DNA of 64,000 nt, taken from Azolla caroliniana (Eukaryota > Plantae > Polypodiophyta). The DNA lies in contig JBHGNT010000013.1 of the NCBI GenBank assembly GCA_043228905.1, positions 14,818,001-14,882,000 of the forward strand, given 5' to 3'. This document shows, in pieces, positions 11,155-21,479 of this stretch. A model generated the notes under the pieces. That model did no database searches. It saw nothing but the letters and a program-made list of their open reading frames with translations, and was not told the DNA's origin. The stretch's first letter is position 1, and every line of letters starts with the position of its first letter. Made by a program: the position numbers and the translations under genes.

Positions 11155-13245
11155 TGTCGTAAATGACGCCGACCACAACCGGTTCACAAGTACAAATGAG
11201 AGAAAACAATAGACAAAACAACAAACAAAAAACAGACAAGGCACATACAACAAGACAAGATATTATCGTGGAAAACCCGAAAGGGGAAAAAACCACGAGA
11301 GCCCACAAGACTCCAAACAGAATCACTATATGAAGATAGTACAAGAAACTCAAAGGCAACGACTGTGAGCTTGACTTCGACTTACAGATGGCTGCAACAC
11401 TCACACACTTAATCGACTCTATGCATGCATATGATTATCCACTGATAATCTCACATCATTCATTATCACTTTTGCCTTAGCTATATTTATACCCATATAC
11501 ATATATGACTATTTACAAATATAGCCCACAATAAGCACATTAAGGCTATTTACAAATATAGCCCTGAGTAAGCTTTGACTGATTCAACTATTAGTCAAGT
11601 TGGGTATTGGTCGATTGTCGGCCTTGGCCGAGTTTGCTATTTGACTAATTCGGCTTATCTCTCCCTAGTCAATGCTTAGTTGGCTCCTAACGATCCGACT
11701 CGTTACACAATATCCAAATTCGGATTCGGACAAGCCGGCTATCATCCGACTCTTTAGTCGATTGGCTTCAGGCCGATCTGGCTGGCTCTCCATCCCATTC
11801 GGAGGAACTGGATTCTCAACAAACTCCCCCTTCACTCTAAGAGGGGGCAATTCAGCAATCCCACTTTTTGTCGACATGCACTTAACTTGTTCATTGACAA
11901 CACCTTTGTCAGCTTGTCTGATCCGTTGTTGTACGTGTGGACCTTCACCAGAGTAAAGTCCCTTTCTTCTACCCTCTCTCTCAACTAGTGATATCTTTGT
12001 TGGAAATGCTCCTACCTTATTCTTAGTTCCTTGATGAAGTCTCTCATCTAGATGATTTCCTTGCCGGCTTTGACCGTAACCATGTATTCGGCTTTTGTGG
12101 TCGATAGAGCCACAACCTTTTGCAACCTCAACTGCCACGAAACAACTCCCCCTTCAAACATAATCACGTATCCAAATGTTGATCAGTTGGTATCTGCATT
12201 AGCTGACATGTCGGAATCCGTGAACCCACGGGATTACCTAACCTGAATTGGAGACACACATTGGAGGTACCTTTCAGGTGCTCAAATATCCATTTTACTG
12301 CAACCCAATGCTCTTTTCCGGGATTACTCATAAATCGACTGATGAATCTGACTGCATATGCAATGTCCGGCCTGGTGCAAACCATCGCATACATCAGGCT
12401 TCCGATTGTTGAGGCATAGGGAATCTTATTTATCTTAGCTTTCTCCACTTTCATCTTCGGACATTGATTTGCATTCAGCTTGTAGTTTGTCGACAGTGTC
12501 GAGTCGATTGGCTTCGCGTCCTGCATGTTGAATCTCTGGAGAACCTTTGTCACATATTTTTCTTGTGACAACCATAACAACTTCTTTGTCCAGTCGTGGA
12601 CAATGTGCATACCTAAAATTTGTTTAGCTAGACCCATATCCTTCATTGCAAAGGACTTTCCCAAAGCCTTCTTCAGGCTTACTATCTTTTTCTTGTCTTG
12701 TACGACTATCAACATGCCATTAACATACAATAGGAGGATGAGTAAGTCTCCTCCATCATACTTCTTCACGAAGACATAATGATCGACTTGTGTTTTGTGG
12801 AATGCATGTTCTGTCATGCAGTATTCAAATTTCCGGTACCATTGCCGGGGTGCTTGCTTCAATCCGTATAAACTCTTCCTCAACTAACATACCGGGTTTT
12901 CTTTACCTTTCTTTTCAAATCCTTCTGGTTACTGCATATAGATTTCTTCCTCCAAATCTCCATGCAGGAAAACCATTTTCTGTTCGACTTCTAAGTCCAT
13001 GTTGGCCGCAATGCTTAGCATCGTCCATATGGATGTCATCTTCACCACCGGGGCATATATTTTGGTGAAATCCACACCCTTCTTCTGCTGAAAACCATTC
13101 ACCATGATTCAGGCCTTGTATCTGGGTGGATTTCTACCTTCTCCCGGCTTCAATTTGTATAACCACTTGTTCCAGACTACCTTCTTCCATTTCGTCAACT
13201 CAGTCAATTCATACGTGCAGTTCTCATGCAAGGAATCCATCGCGT
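11155..13245 (-). mobile_element. Ty1/Copia (Tnt1/Tork-like) 3' relic: RT-RNase H plus 3' LTR 11155-11821
   Basis: KSLYGLKQAPRQWY, YAMVCTRPDIAYAV (12164-12883); PPT AGGGGGAGTT abutting TGTTGAGA at 11821; frameshifts; cut at 13246. Confidence 0.9.
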
Positions 13246-13781
13246 TGTCGTGAAGATTTCCGGCTATAGTGTGAAACCGGGGTGGAATGGGCAAGTCGGC
13301 GATGTGCAACATGTGCACATGTATACTAGGAAATGGTGTATAGAAATAAGAGGGGAAATTTTATCCCACATTGTAAGGTCCCTCCTTCCTTGGGCTATAA
13401 AAGGAAGGGAGGGGGTCACTTATGAAGGGGTTGCCTATTTTATGTATGAAAGGCATACCACTTAGTCTAGAGTTCTTACCGTTTTAGGGTTAGGGTTTCG
13501 TTTATGGTTTTCCTTATTCATCTTCGGTTAGGGTTTTCTCATAGTTGTTTGGTGCGGCCCATGCGGCCACCATTGTTGTAATCATTCGTTTGTTTTAATA
13601 TATCTTGTTGAGCATATTGTCTCCGCCGATCTCTCCTTCTATGTCGTGATCTTATTCTTTCTTCTTCTCCTCTTGAGCTAAGCTTCCAAAACATATCTTA
13701 TTCTTTCTCCTCTACTCCCTAGTCCAAGACCCCCGTGGTCCCGCCCCTTCTACATGCACACACGTAATAACGCGACATATT

Positions 13782-13799
13782 TGGTGAACCCGACGTGAA
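13782..13799 (+). promoter_or_regulatory. Primer-binding site complementary to the 3' end of plant tRNA-Trp
   Basis: TGGTGAACCCGACGTGAA 4 nt after the LTR; identical copy at 55311. Confidence 0.9.
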
Positions 13800-13817
13800 G
13801 GGCGGCAAGGGAGCATG

Positions 13818-16052
13818 GAGATGGAAGAAGACTTCGACTTCGAGGAGATGATAGCAAAGATCATGATGGAAGCCGGACGGAAGATGGCGAAGCGAGATGC
13901 GGCTCAACAAGCCGTCGAAAGAGTGGTTGATCGAGTCGGCCGATTCAATGGGAATGAGGTCCCAAAATTTTTGGGAGCCTACAAGGCCGAGATGGCGAAA
14001 GGGGGCGTGGACGAGGTGATGCGGCTAGAGTATTTTCCTCGAGTGGCGGTTGTATCGGTGCACAAGGAGGTCAAGGAGCTACGAGAAGCTCACGAGTCGT
14101 GGGTGTCCTTGGAGGGAGCCCTATTGGACGCATACGGACACGCGAAACCGGAGTAGGTATGCTGACAACCCGATGGGGAGCGGTCGACAACAACGTGGCC
14201 CGCGAGCGGCGGAGAAGAGGGAGCAACGAGTGACTACACACTACCGCCGGAAGAGAGCTCAACGCAAAACGGCTCGGAGGAGCTCGACCTAGAAGCGCTA
14301 ATACGGGAGGCATGCGAACTTTTGAAGGGGAAAATCAAAGCCGAAGAAGGGCTTATTATGGAGTCGGGCCGGAGGCGATCGGAGTATGTGGAGGAGGAAG
14401 CCTCCCTATGCGTGGACGATGGGGCCTATACGGAGTCCGGAAGAGCGTGCAACGGTGATGACATGGGAGAGGATGCGGAGCAAGCGACCCTCTTGCCTTG
14501 CGGTGAAGGGACAACCATGGAAGCCGGTAACTACGGATTCGGGACATGGCGGCCCGAAACATCGAGTGGGGAGGAGACAAGCGGCGGTGCCACGACCTTA
14601 CCCACACCGATTCTAGAGACTCCGGCATCCGGCCCGAGAGTCGGTGTGAGACCTAGAGTGATGAATGGTGGTGGTGGCAAGGCGGGCAACCAAGACGATG
14701 GCAAGGAGATCGAGGAAGAGGAGGCGGCAAGCGTAATCGAGGCTTCTGCGATCGGAGACGGGGTAGCCACGGACAACGACGTCCGGATGGAAGCGGCTAC
14801 GGACACAACGAGTGGGGGTGCCGGGTCCTTACCCTCACTAGCCCTAGAGGCTCCGGCGGTCGGCCCGAGTGCCGACGTGAGACCTAGAGCGACGGGCGGT
14901 GGCGGCGGCAAGGCGGGCAACCGAGACGACGACATGGAAGAGACGACGGCAAACATAATCGAGGCATGCGCGATCGGAGGCGGGGTAGCCACGGACAACG
15001 ACGTCCGAACGGAGGCGGCTACGGGCACAACGAGCGGTGGTGCCGGGTCCTTACCCACATCAGTCCTAGAGGCTCCGACGGTTGGCCCGAGTGCCGACGT
15101 GAGTCCTAGAGTGACGGGCGGTGGCGACGTCAAGGCGGGCAACCGAGACGAGGATGAGGACAAGGAGGTAGCAAGCATAACCGAGGCTTGCGTAACCAGG
15201 GACGAGATAACCACGAAACACGGCGTTCGAACGAAGGTGGCTACAAACATGACATCGGCGAGTGATGGTACCGAGACTTTTCCCACACCTATTCTAAAGA
15301 CTTCGGCGGTCGGCCCCGAGAGCCCACGTGAGATCGGAGAGACGGGTGGTGGCGACGGCAAGGCGGGCAACCGAGACAATGACGAGGATTGTAGCGGATG
15401 GAGGCAAGACCCCTCGACACCGGGGCCAGAGACTACGGTGGTTGCGCTCGAATACCAACATAAGACCGGAGAGAAGGATGGTGGCCGTGAGGAGGCGTGG
15501 CCTGGAGCGAACATGTACGAAGATGAGGATGCGAGGCCCGAAACGGGCACATGCAAGAGGACCGACGGAGAGGTCGGGAACGGCAAAGAGGAGAGAGTCG
15601 GGGACTGACTCGACCGGAAGACGAAGTGGAAGAAGAGTGAAGTGGGGGCCGGTCAAGCGGGCCCAAACTGAAAGAAGCCGGCAAGACCGGGGTTGTTTGA
15701 TCGACTCCTTACCGGCTGGTTACGGTTACGATGGGAGCCGGTAAGAGCGAGAAGGAGGCTAACCGGGCACGACGAGTACGGATCGGTGAGAGGCCAAGAG
15801 CAAGAGGAACCCTCCCCGCCTATTCTAGAGACTTCGGTGGTTGCGGATCAACATAAGACCGGAGAGACGACGAGTGGCGGCGAGGAGTCGGAGACCGGAA
15901 CGGGTATCCGGTGCGTGAAGATGGACGAGCACGGCCAAGACGGCAAGCCGGAGTCGGAAGGGGCTACGACAACGAAGGACGAAGAGACCGACGCGGAGGT
16001 TGGGTCTACGGCGGATGAGGCACGTAATACGAAGTATGCACTACGGCATTAA
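13818..16052 (+). pseudogene. Broken gag-like ORF followed by ~80-aa Gly/Thr/acidic repeats
   Basis: VGRFNGNEVPKFLGAYKAEM (13815-14156); repeats TTSGGAGSLP..LEAPAVGP..GGGGKAGNRDD (14322-15608). Confidence 0.7.
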
Positions 16053-17159
16053 ACGGAGCATGCTCTACAGCCGCTCGAGGGCCAAGAAGCGCGCATGTAT
16101 TCGGAAGAACCACAACGAGTGACCGGTGATAGCGGTCCAGTCGACCCTTTGAGAGGCAAAAGCGTGGCGAGAGACGAAGCGGCGAGATGCCGAGATCAGC
16201 GGATGGGCGGCGAGAGCGAAGGATGGTGCGCAGAGAACAACGGGGTACACACCGGGAAGAGAAAACACGGCGACTTCCCGGAGGGCATGCAAGGCCAAGC
16301 GGGCCAAGCGGGCGCAAGTCGAGGCGAGGCGGTAACGAGAGCCTCGAGGGACACCGACACGGAGGTCGGGATGACAGTGCGCTCTACGGCGAGAGAGCAC
16401 AGCGGGCAAAGGAGAAGCAAGGAACGCTGAATGGGGTCGCCTAAGGGCCAAAGAATGAGCGCATATTCGGGGGACAACATCGGCGCATGGGAAGAGCCTA
16501 CGGAAGGCAAGCGTGGAGCGGGAAGAGTCGACACGCCGAGGTGTTCAGCATGCGGAGACGATAAACCCAAAGGAGGAACATATGCGGCACGCAAAGGGCA
16601 GAATCCGGAGTGCGATCGGAGAGATCGGGAGCGCATCCAGAGGACATACGAGGCAGACAAAGGAAGAGCAATTGGGTCAGCATAGGCGTTTGGGAGGTCC
16701 GGTCGAAGAAGAAGGCGTGAACGTCAGATATGGCCGATCGGATGGAGGCGCCGGTTCGGGGGCACACGATGGATGTGGTGGAGCCGGCGGGTTGGGGCCG
16801 ATAAGGAGCTGGCAAGACAGGTCGGCGTTGGCAAGGGATCGACAAGACGGTTGGGTGCCGGTAAGGCGGAGGACCCGGTTGATCACCATCGCCGAAATCT
16901 CTCACCCTTTTCCCTTCTTGGCACATATCGGTGGATGTGCGGTTTGGTGGGGGTGGATGTCGTGAAGATTTCCGGCTATAGTGTGAAACCGGGGTGGAAT
17001 GGGCAAGTCGGCGGTGTGCAACATGTGCACATGTATACTAGGAAATGGTGTATAGAAATAAGAGGGGAAATTTTATCCCACATTGTAAGGTCCCTCCCTC
17101 CTTGGGCTATAAAAGGAAGGGAGGGGGTTACTTATGAAGGGGTTGCCTATTTTGCGTAT

Positions 17160-17900
17160 TGTTGCCGTTTAGGAACACGGTCCGCAGTCAGTCCTTCGAC
17201 CTAGACCTCAAAGTGGGTGTGGAACAACGAACAGGTGTTTAAGCGTAATGCATAAGGGAAGAACCCCTGTAACCTATCAGCGTATAATGAAAGATGGCTA
17301 CACCCGAATCCCTATTAAGGGTTACACTTACATACTATAACGCTTAAGTATTCAAGATACCCACACTGAACTAGCCGTAGCTATACACAAAAAATCAGAG
17401 AAGATAGAATTCTATTATCAGGTGTTTCTTTAAATTCCCCAAAATTACACGCACCTCCATCAGAGGTTTTCTGCCCTTTATATATGCAGGGTCTAATTAG
17501 CCGTTCATGCTTCCTGCGTGAACCGTTACATGCGTTATGCTCTTATATAATTTCTTATTCCTACGCTTTTGTCCGTTGGTTACTATTCCGGTGAACAACA
17601 CTTGGCACGCATGTGGGACAATGCCTTTGCACGTCGGACCCATCCCTTAATCTTCTTCCAAAATGGCCCGGATGTTCGGCTCTGCTGTGGTGTCCTTGTC
17701 CGGAGGTGATGTAGGGCCCGTAGGTGCATCGTGGTGTGGCTCCTCTGTTTGGTCAGGCTGGTTTCTCCCGGAGTCGTCGTCGCCGTGTGTGGGTGGTCCG
17801 GTTACGGTGGGCTCTTCTTGAGTTAGTGGGTTGGGCTCCGCCATTGTTGTGCTTGCAGTTCGCTGCGGCTCTGCCTCCATTGTTACGTCCTCCGTGGTGT
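17160..17900. mobile_element. LTR (17160-17600), tRNA-Arg-like site (17603-17619) and C-terminal tail of a minus-strand ORF; relative of the element at 51457
   Basis: TG..CA; TGGCACGCATGTGGGAC 2 nt after the LTR; ORF end ..NIRAILEED* mirrors ..SILDILVEE* at 51939. Confidence 0.75.
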
Positions 17901-19976
17901 TTCTTCCAATTCATCAATGCATAGACCAAATAGTGTTGGTGAGAGTGGGCATCCTTGCTTAACACCAATAGTGCTTTTGAAAAAATTTGAAAGTTTATCT
18001 CTCATGCGCACACAACATATAACCTTCTCATAAATTCGGGAAATTGCAAGCATATATTCACTTGGCACCTCAAGTTCTTTCATTCGCCTCCAAAGATGCT
18101 CACGAGGTACTATATCAAAAGCTTTCTTGAAGTCTACAAAGCAACAATATAAACCTTTACCTCTAAGGCGACTTTCCTCCATTAATACTCGAAGGGTGAT
18201 AAGGTGATCAATGGTGCTATGGTGTTTCCGAAAGCCAGCTTGTCCATAAGCTCTCTTACCACTTTTTTCAGCCCATGCACTTATCTTTGATTCCATTATA
18301 CATCGAAATAGTTTTGCCATTAATGAGCCAACCATGATGGTTCGATAGTTGTTTACATTATTTATATCTCCACCTTTATGTAAAGGTTTGATCCAATTTG
18401 TAGTCCAATCGTACGACATACCATGTTGCAATGCATCATTAAACATATCGCTTATCCATATATGTGCTTCCTTTCCCGTCCATTTGAGCCTTTCAACCTT
18501 TATACATTGAAGATCGCTTGCCTTTCGAGAGGCCAATTTCTTAAGTCCTATGCATATATCTTTAATTGTAAAGAAGGGAGGCATATGTGAAAGAGAACCA
18601 TAACACATCATCTTTCCGGCAAGAGATAACTCATATAAATTCTTACAATGCATAGACAAGTCGTGAAGAGTTAAGTCACCATAACTCTCAACACGTTTTC
18701 CCTTTAGATTTCCCCAAAATTTAGCACATGCATGTGCTTTCTCTTGCGTTTGGATAAATTGTTGAGTAACTTCCCATATTCTTCTCTTTCTTTGAATAAG
18801 CCTTTTATACTCATGCAAATGCTTTTGGTAATTCTCTTTATCCTTAACTACATCCAAAACCATAAGGCACTTTCGAGCTTCACGGCATTCTTTATCAAAC
18901 CATTTTTTCCTAAGTTTCTTGGTGCATTTCCAAGATGTGCGGTTGGTCGAAAAACATTTGTTTGTACATGAGAGAATGACTTTCTTGAAAGCTTCCCATT
19001 TGCATTCTAGTGTGGCACCATGTTGTATCTTTGTCATTTGTAACATATCCTCAACCATCTTGGAATACATAGGTGCTCGCTTAAGGTTCATGCTCAAGTG
19101 CGGTTGTTTATTATCTTCAATAGCCTTCTCACAATCAAACCTATGCATACATTTGAGATCAATACATAAAGGCCTATGATCGGATTCCGGTGTCCATTCA
19201 CGAAGTGAGAATTTATGTATACGATCCAAAATACCTTTGGAAAGTAGCATATAGTCAATCACACTATTTCTGTTGCGTTTTCTACATGTAAAACCATTAG
19301 TGTTGGGCCATAAGGAAATACTATTTGCAATAAGCAATCCGGTACTATTGCACATTTGTAGGAGTAACTTCCCAAATTGGTCCGGATCTTTTTCATCGCT
19401 AGAAGAGCGATTATACATTTGCATATCCTCTTGCATCCTTGAGATATGTGGCATGAAAGATTCTTGTGAATCAAGTTGGAAACTTCTTGTACGAGCATTC
19501 ATGTCACCAAAGACAATAACTTCCCCTTTGGATTTGAAATAAGCAATATCATCTTCTAGATTGGCAAACGGTTGATCTTTATCTAAACAAGCATAAAAGT
19601 TAGAATCTTGATGAGGAATGTAACATCCAACTACAAAAGTGGGCAAATCATTAGGTGTTTCTATTTTGAGCCATATGTAGCATTTATTTTCATCATTTTT
19701 TATGATTGACACATATTTCTCTATTTCCTTCTTAATCAAACATGCCACCCCTCCTTGTCCTCTTCTTTGTCTTGGATTTTTCTTCCATATCAAAGAGTGT
19801 ACATTATAGTTTCCTAAACCTTGAATCCTTTGAGTATCATGCTCCCATGTTTCAACAAGAAGTGTGATATCCGAGTCATCGGCAAACTCCTCTATGCCAA
19901 ATCCCGCATTCCATGGGTATCCATTGCAATTCCAAAAGCATAGTCGTAAAAGGCGTGGGTTAGTCTCATAGATCAC
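17883..19976 (-). CDS. LINE ORF2: APE endonuclease + N-terminal half of RT (truncated)
   Basis: FWNCNG, LVETW, FGDMNART, SVIDY, SDHRPL; NYRTI, QAGFR, FVDFKKAFD, GVKQGCPLSP. Confidence 0.9.
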   Translation of the reverse strand: MIYETNPRLLRLCFWNCNGYPWNAGFGIEEFADDSDITLLVETWEHDTQRIQGLGNYNVHSLIWKKNPRQRRGQGGVACLIKKEIEKYVSIIKNDENKCYIWLKIETPNDLPTFVVGCYIPHQDSNFYACLDKDQPFANLEDDIAYFKSKGEVIVFGDMNARTRSFQLDSQESFMPHISRMQEDMQMYNRSSSDEKDPDQFGKLLLQMCNSTGLLIANSISLWPNTNGFTCRKRNRNSVIDYMLLSKGILDRIHKFSLREWTPESDHRPLCIDLKCMHRFDCEKAIEDNKQPHLSMNLKRAPMYSKMVEDMLQMTKIQHGATLECKWEAFKKVILSCTNKCFSTNRTSWKCTKKLRKKWFDKECREARKCLMVLDVVKDKENYQKHLHEYKRLIQRKRRIWEVTQQFIQTQEKAHACAKFWGNLKGKRVESYGDLTLHDLSMHCKNLYELSLAGKMMCYGSLSHMPPFFTIKDICIGLKKLASRKASDLQCIKVERLKWTGKEAHIWISDMFNDALQHGMSYDWTTNWIKPLHKGGDINNVNNYRTIMVGSLMAKLFRCIMESKISAWAEKSGKRAYGQAGFRKHHSTIDHLITLRVLMEESRLRGKGLYCCFVDFKKAFDIVPREHLWRRMKELEVPSEYMLAISRIYEKVICCVRMRDKLSNFFKSTIGVKQGCPLSPTLFGLCIDELEETPRRT

Positions 19977-21114
19977 GTGTCCCTATTTGCCTACATTTCC
20001 ATCTTTAGGCACATCCTTAACCTTGTTTTTCAATCTTTCTTCAAATGCTTTACGACGAGCATTTTGTTGTGAGATAGTACGATCTTCACTCACAAAGCAT
20101 TGTGTACCTTTGAGGTATACCCAACTATTTTCGAGTATGATCCGCCGCTTTGTATCATCTGTCATTGTGCATACAATAGGCCTTTCTTCGGAGCGAGTAA
20201 CACCATGTTTCCCAACTCGGTGTGCCCCATATACATTCACATCTGACATCCCATAATGCATGCTAAAAAATTCACCAATGGCCTTTCCAAGGGATGCGGG
20301 TGTTTCAATACTCTCTTCTTTAATCCCACGTACGACAATGTTCTTTGATCGTCGTTCACGTTCTTTCAATTCTCGGACATCTATGCTTTCTATATTCTTC
20401 TCTTGATGCATCACATGCATATTAGATGAGTTTGATAGCACATCCCCACCACATACATCGGCCCATGACTTCGTTGTACATACATTTTTCATCTCACTTA
20501 CATCCCGCCTCATCGTGTCCAATTTTTCTTCTTTTAATGCTTCCTTTAACTCAATCTTGTTAAGGTGCTCATTTGTTTCAAAAGAAGCTCTTTTATATTC
20601 TTGAATCTCTTCTTGAAGTTTTGCAACCACTTGTTTAAGACTTTCATTCTCAATGACAACACTTTGGAGCTTAGTATTCTCTTTCATTAACGTCCTAATC
20701 TCTTCACCTTGCTTGTTTATGGTTTCTTGAAGAGAAATCAAGTGACTCATAAGCATTTTGTCCATTGCATTAGAATCGAGATTTGTTGGTGATCTCGGCT
20801 CATTATCAATCATACCCCCGAACTTTGCGGCGGTTTTACGAGTATTAGCCATTGTAGGGACAAACCCTACGGGAAAAGAGAGACAGAGAGGGAAGGAGAG
20901 AGAATGTACCTTTCACTTGATTTAGGGCTTCAAAATCTACCTTCCGTTTGAGGAACCGTGGGGCAAAGATGTCTGCGGATGAAAATGCTCATAACTTCTC
21001 GCCACGATAACGGAATTCAGTAAATGAACATTCTTTAGAAAGCTCTCTCAAAGAGCTTTCCAACGAGCTATAGAACGTAGAAAACGATGGCCGGAGTGAA
21101 CTTACAGAGAGCTT

Positions 21115-21117
<3 letters not shown>
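17900..21117 (-). mobile_element. RTEX-like non-LTR retrotransposon, 5'-complete and 3'-truncated
   Basis: 5' UTR, ORF1 and ORF2 in tandem; RT ends after GVKQGCPLSPTLFGL, before the YADD motif. Confidence 0.8.
19983..20852 (-). CDS. LINE ORF1: coiled coil + RRM-like/C-terminal domain
   Basis: RRSKNIVVRGIKE..AHRVGK..RPIVC..LKGTQCFVSEDRT; 289 aa intact, ends 6 nt before ORF2. Confidence 0.8.
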   Translation of the reverse strand: MANTRKTAAKFGGMIDNEPRSPTNLDSNAMDKMLMSHLISLQETINKQGEEIRTLMKENTKLQSVVIENESLKQVVAKLQEEIQEYKRASFETNEHLNKIELKEALKEEKLDTMRRDVSEMKNVCTTKSWADVCGGDVLSNSSNMHVMHQEKNIESIDVRELKERERRSKNIVVRGIKEESIETPASLGKAIGEFFSMHYGMSDVNVYGAHRVGKHGVTRSEERPIVCTMTDDTKRRIILENSWVYLKGTQCFVSEDRTISQQNARRKAFEERLKNKVKDVPKDGNVGK

Positions 21118-21172
<55 letters not shown>

Positions 21173-21382
21173 ATTATATTATAAGAAGAAAGATACAAGA
21201 ACAACTAAGAGGCTTAAGACTGGCGTTGAACCAATTTGGTTCTTGATAATGCCATGTGCCTCTTTTTATAGTGGCTTAGGAATACTCTTGACATTTCTAG
21301 AATGTTCCAGAGAAATCTAGAATATACATGGATTTCCTATATGAAATAATAAATGGGAAAAATATTTTTTGTATTACAACTG

Positions 21383-21447
21383 ATAGCTTAATGGTAAACC
21401 TTCTGTCCATGTGCCACAAGGTCATGGTTTCAAATCCTTTTGACGCC
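21383..21447 (+). promoter_or_regulatory. tRNA-like A/B-box cassette antisense in chromovirus U3
   Basis: TAGCTTAATGGTAA...AGGTCATGGTTTCAAATCC. Confidence 0.6.
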
Positions 21448-21479
21448 ATACCATGCTATATCATGCAATATCATGACAC

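Larger units (their letters stand above)
13246..17159 (+). mobile_element. Non-autonomous tRNA-Trp-primed Gypsy element A (gag-like + repetitive ORF, no pol)
   Basis: 5' LTR 13246-13777; PBS 13782; PPT GGTGGGGGTGGA; near-identical 3' LTR from 16958, interrupted at 17160. Confidence 0.9.

Noticed and set aside
14531-15586. 351-aa antisense ORF
   Set aside because: Mirror of GC-rich tandem repeats
17647-19976. LINE RT fused to a novel C-terminal domain
   Set aside because: Deletion junction: RT lacks YADD and stops at 17883
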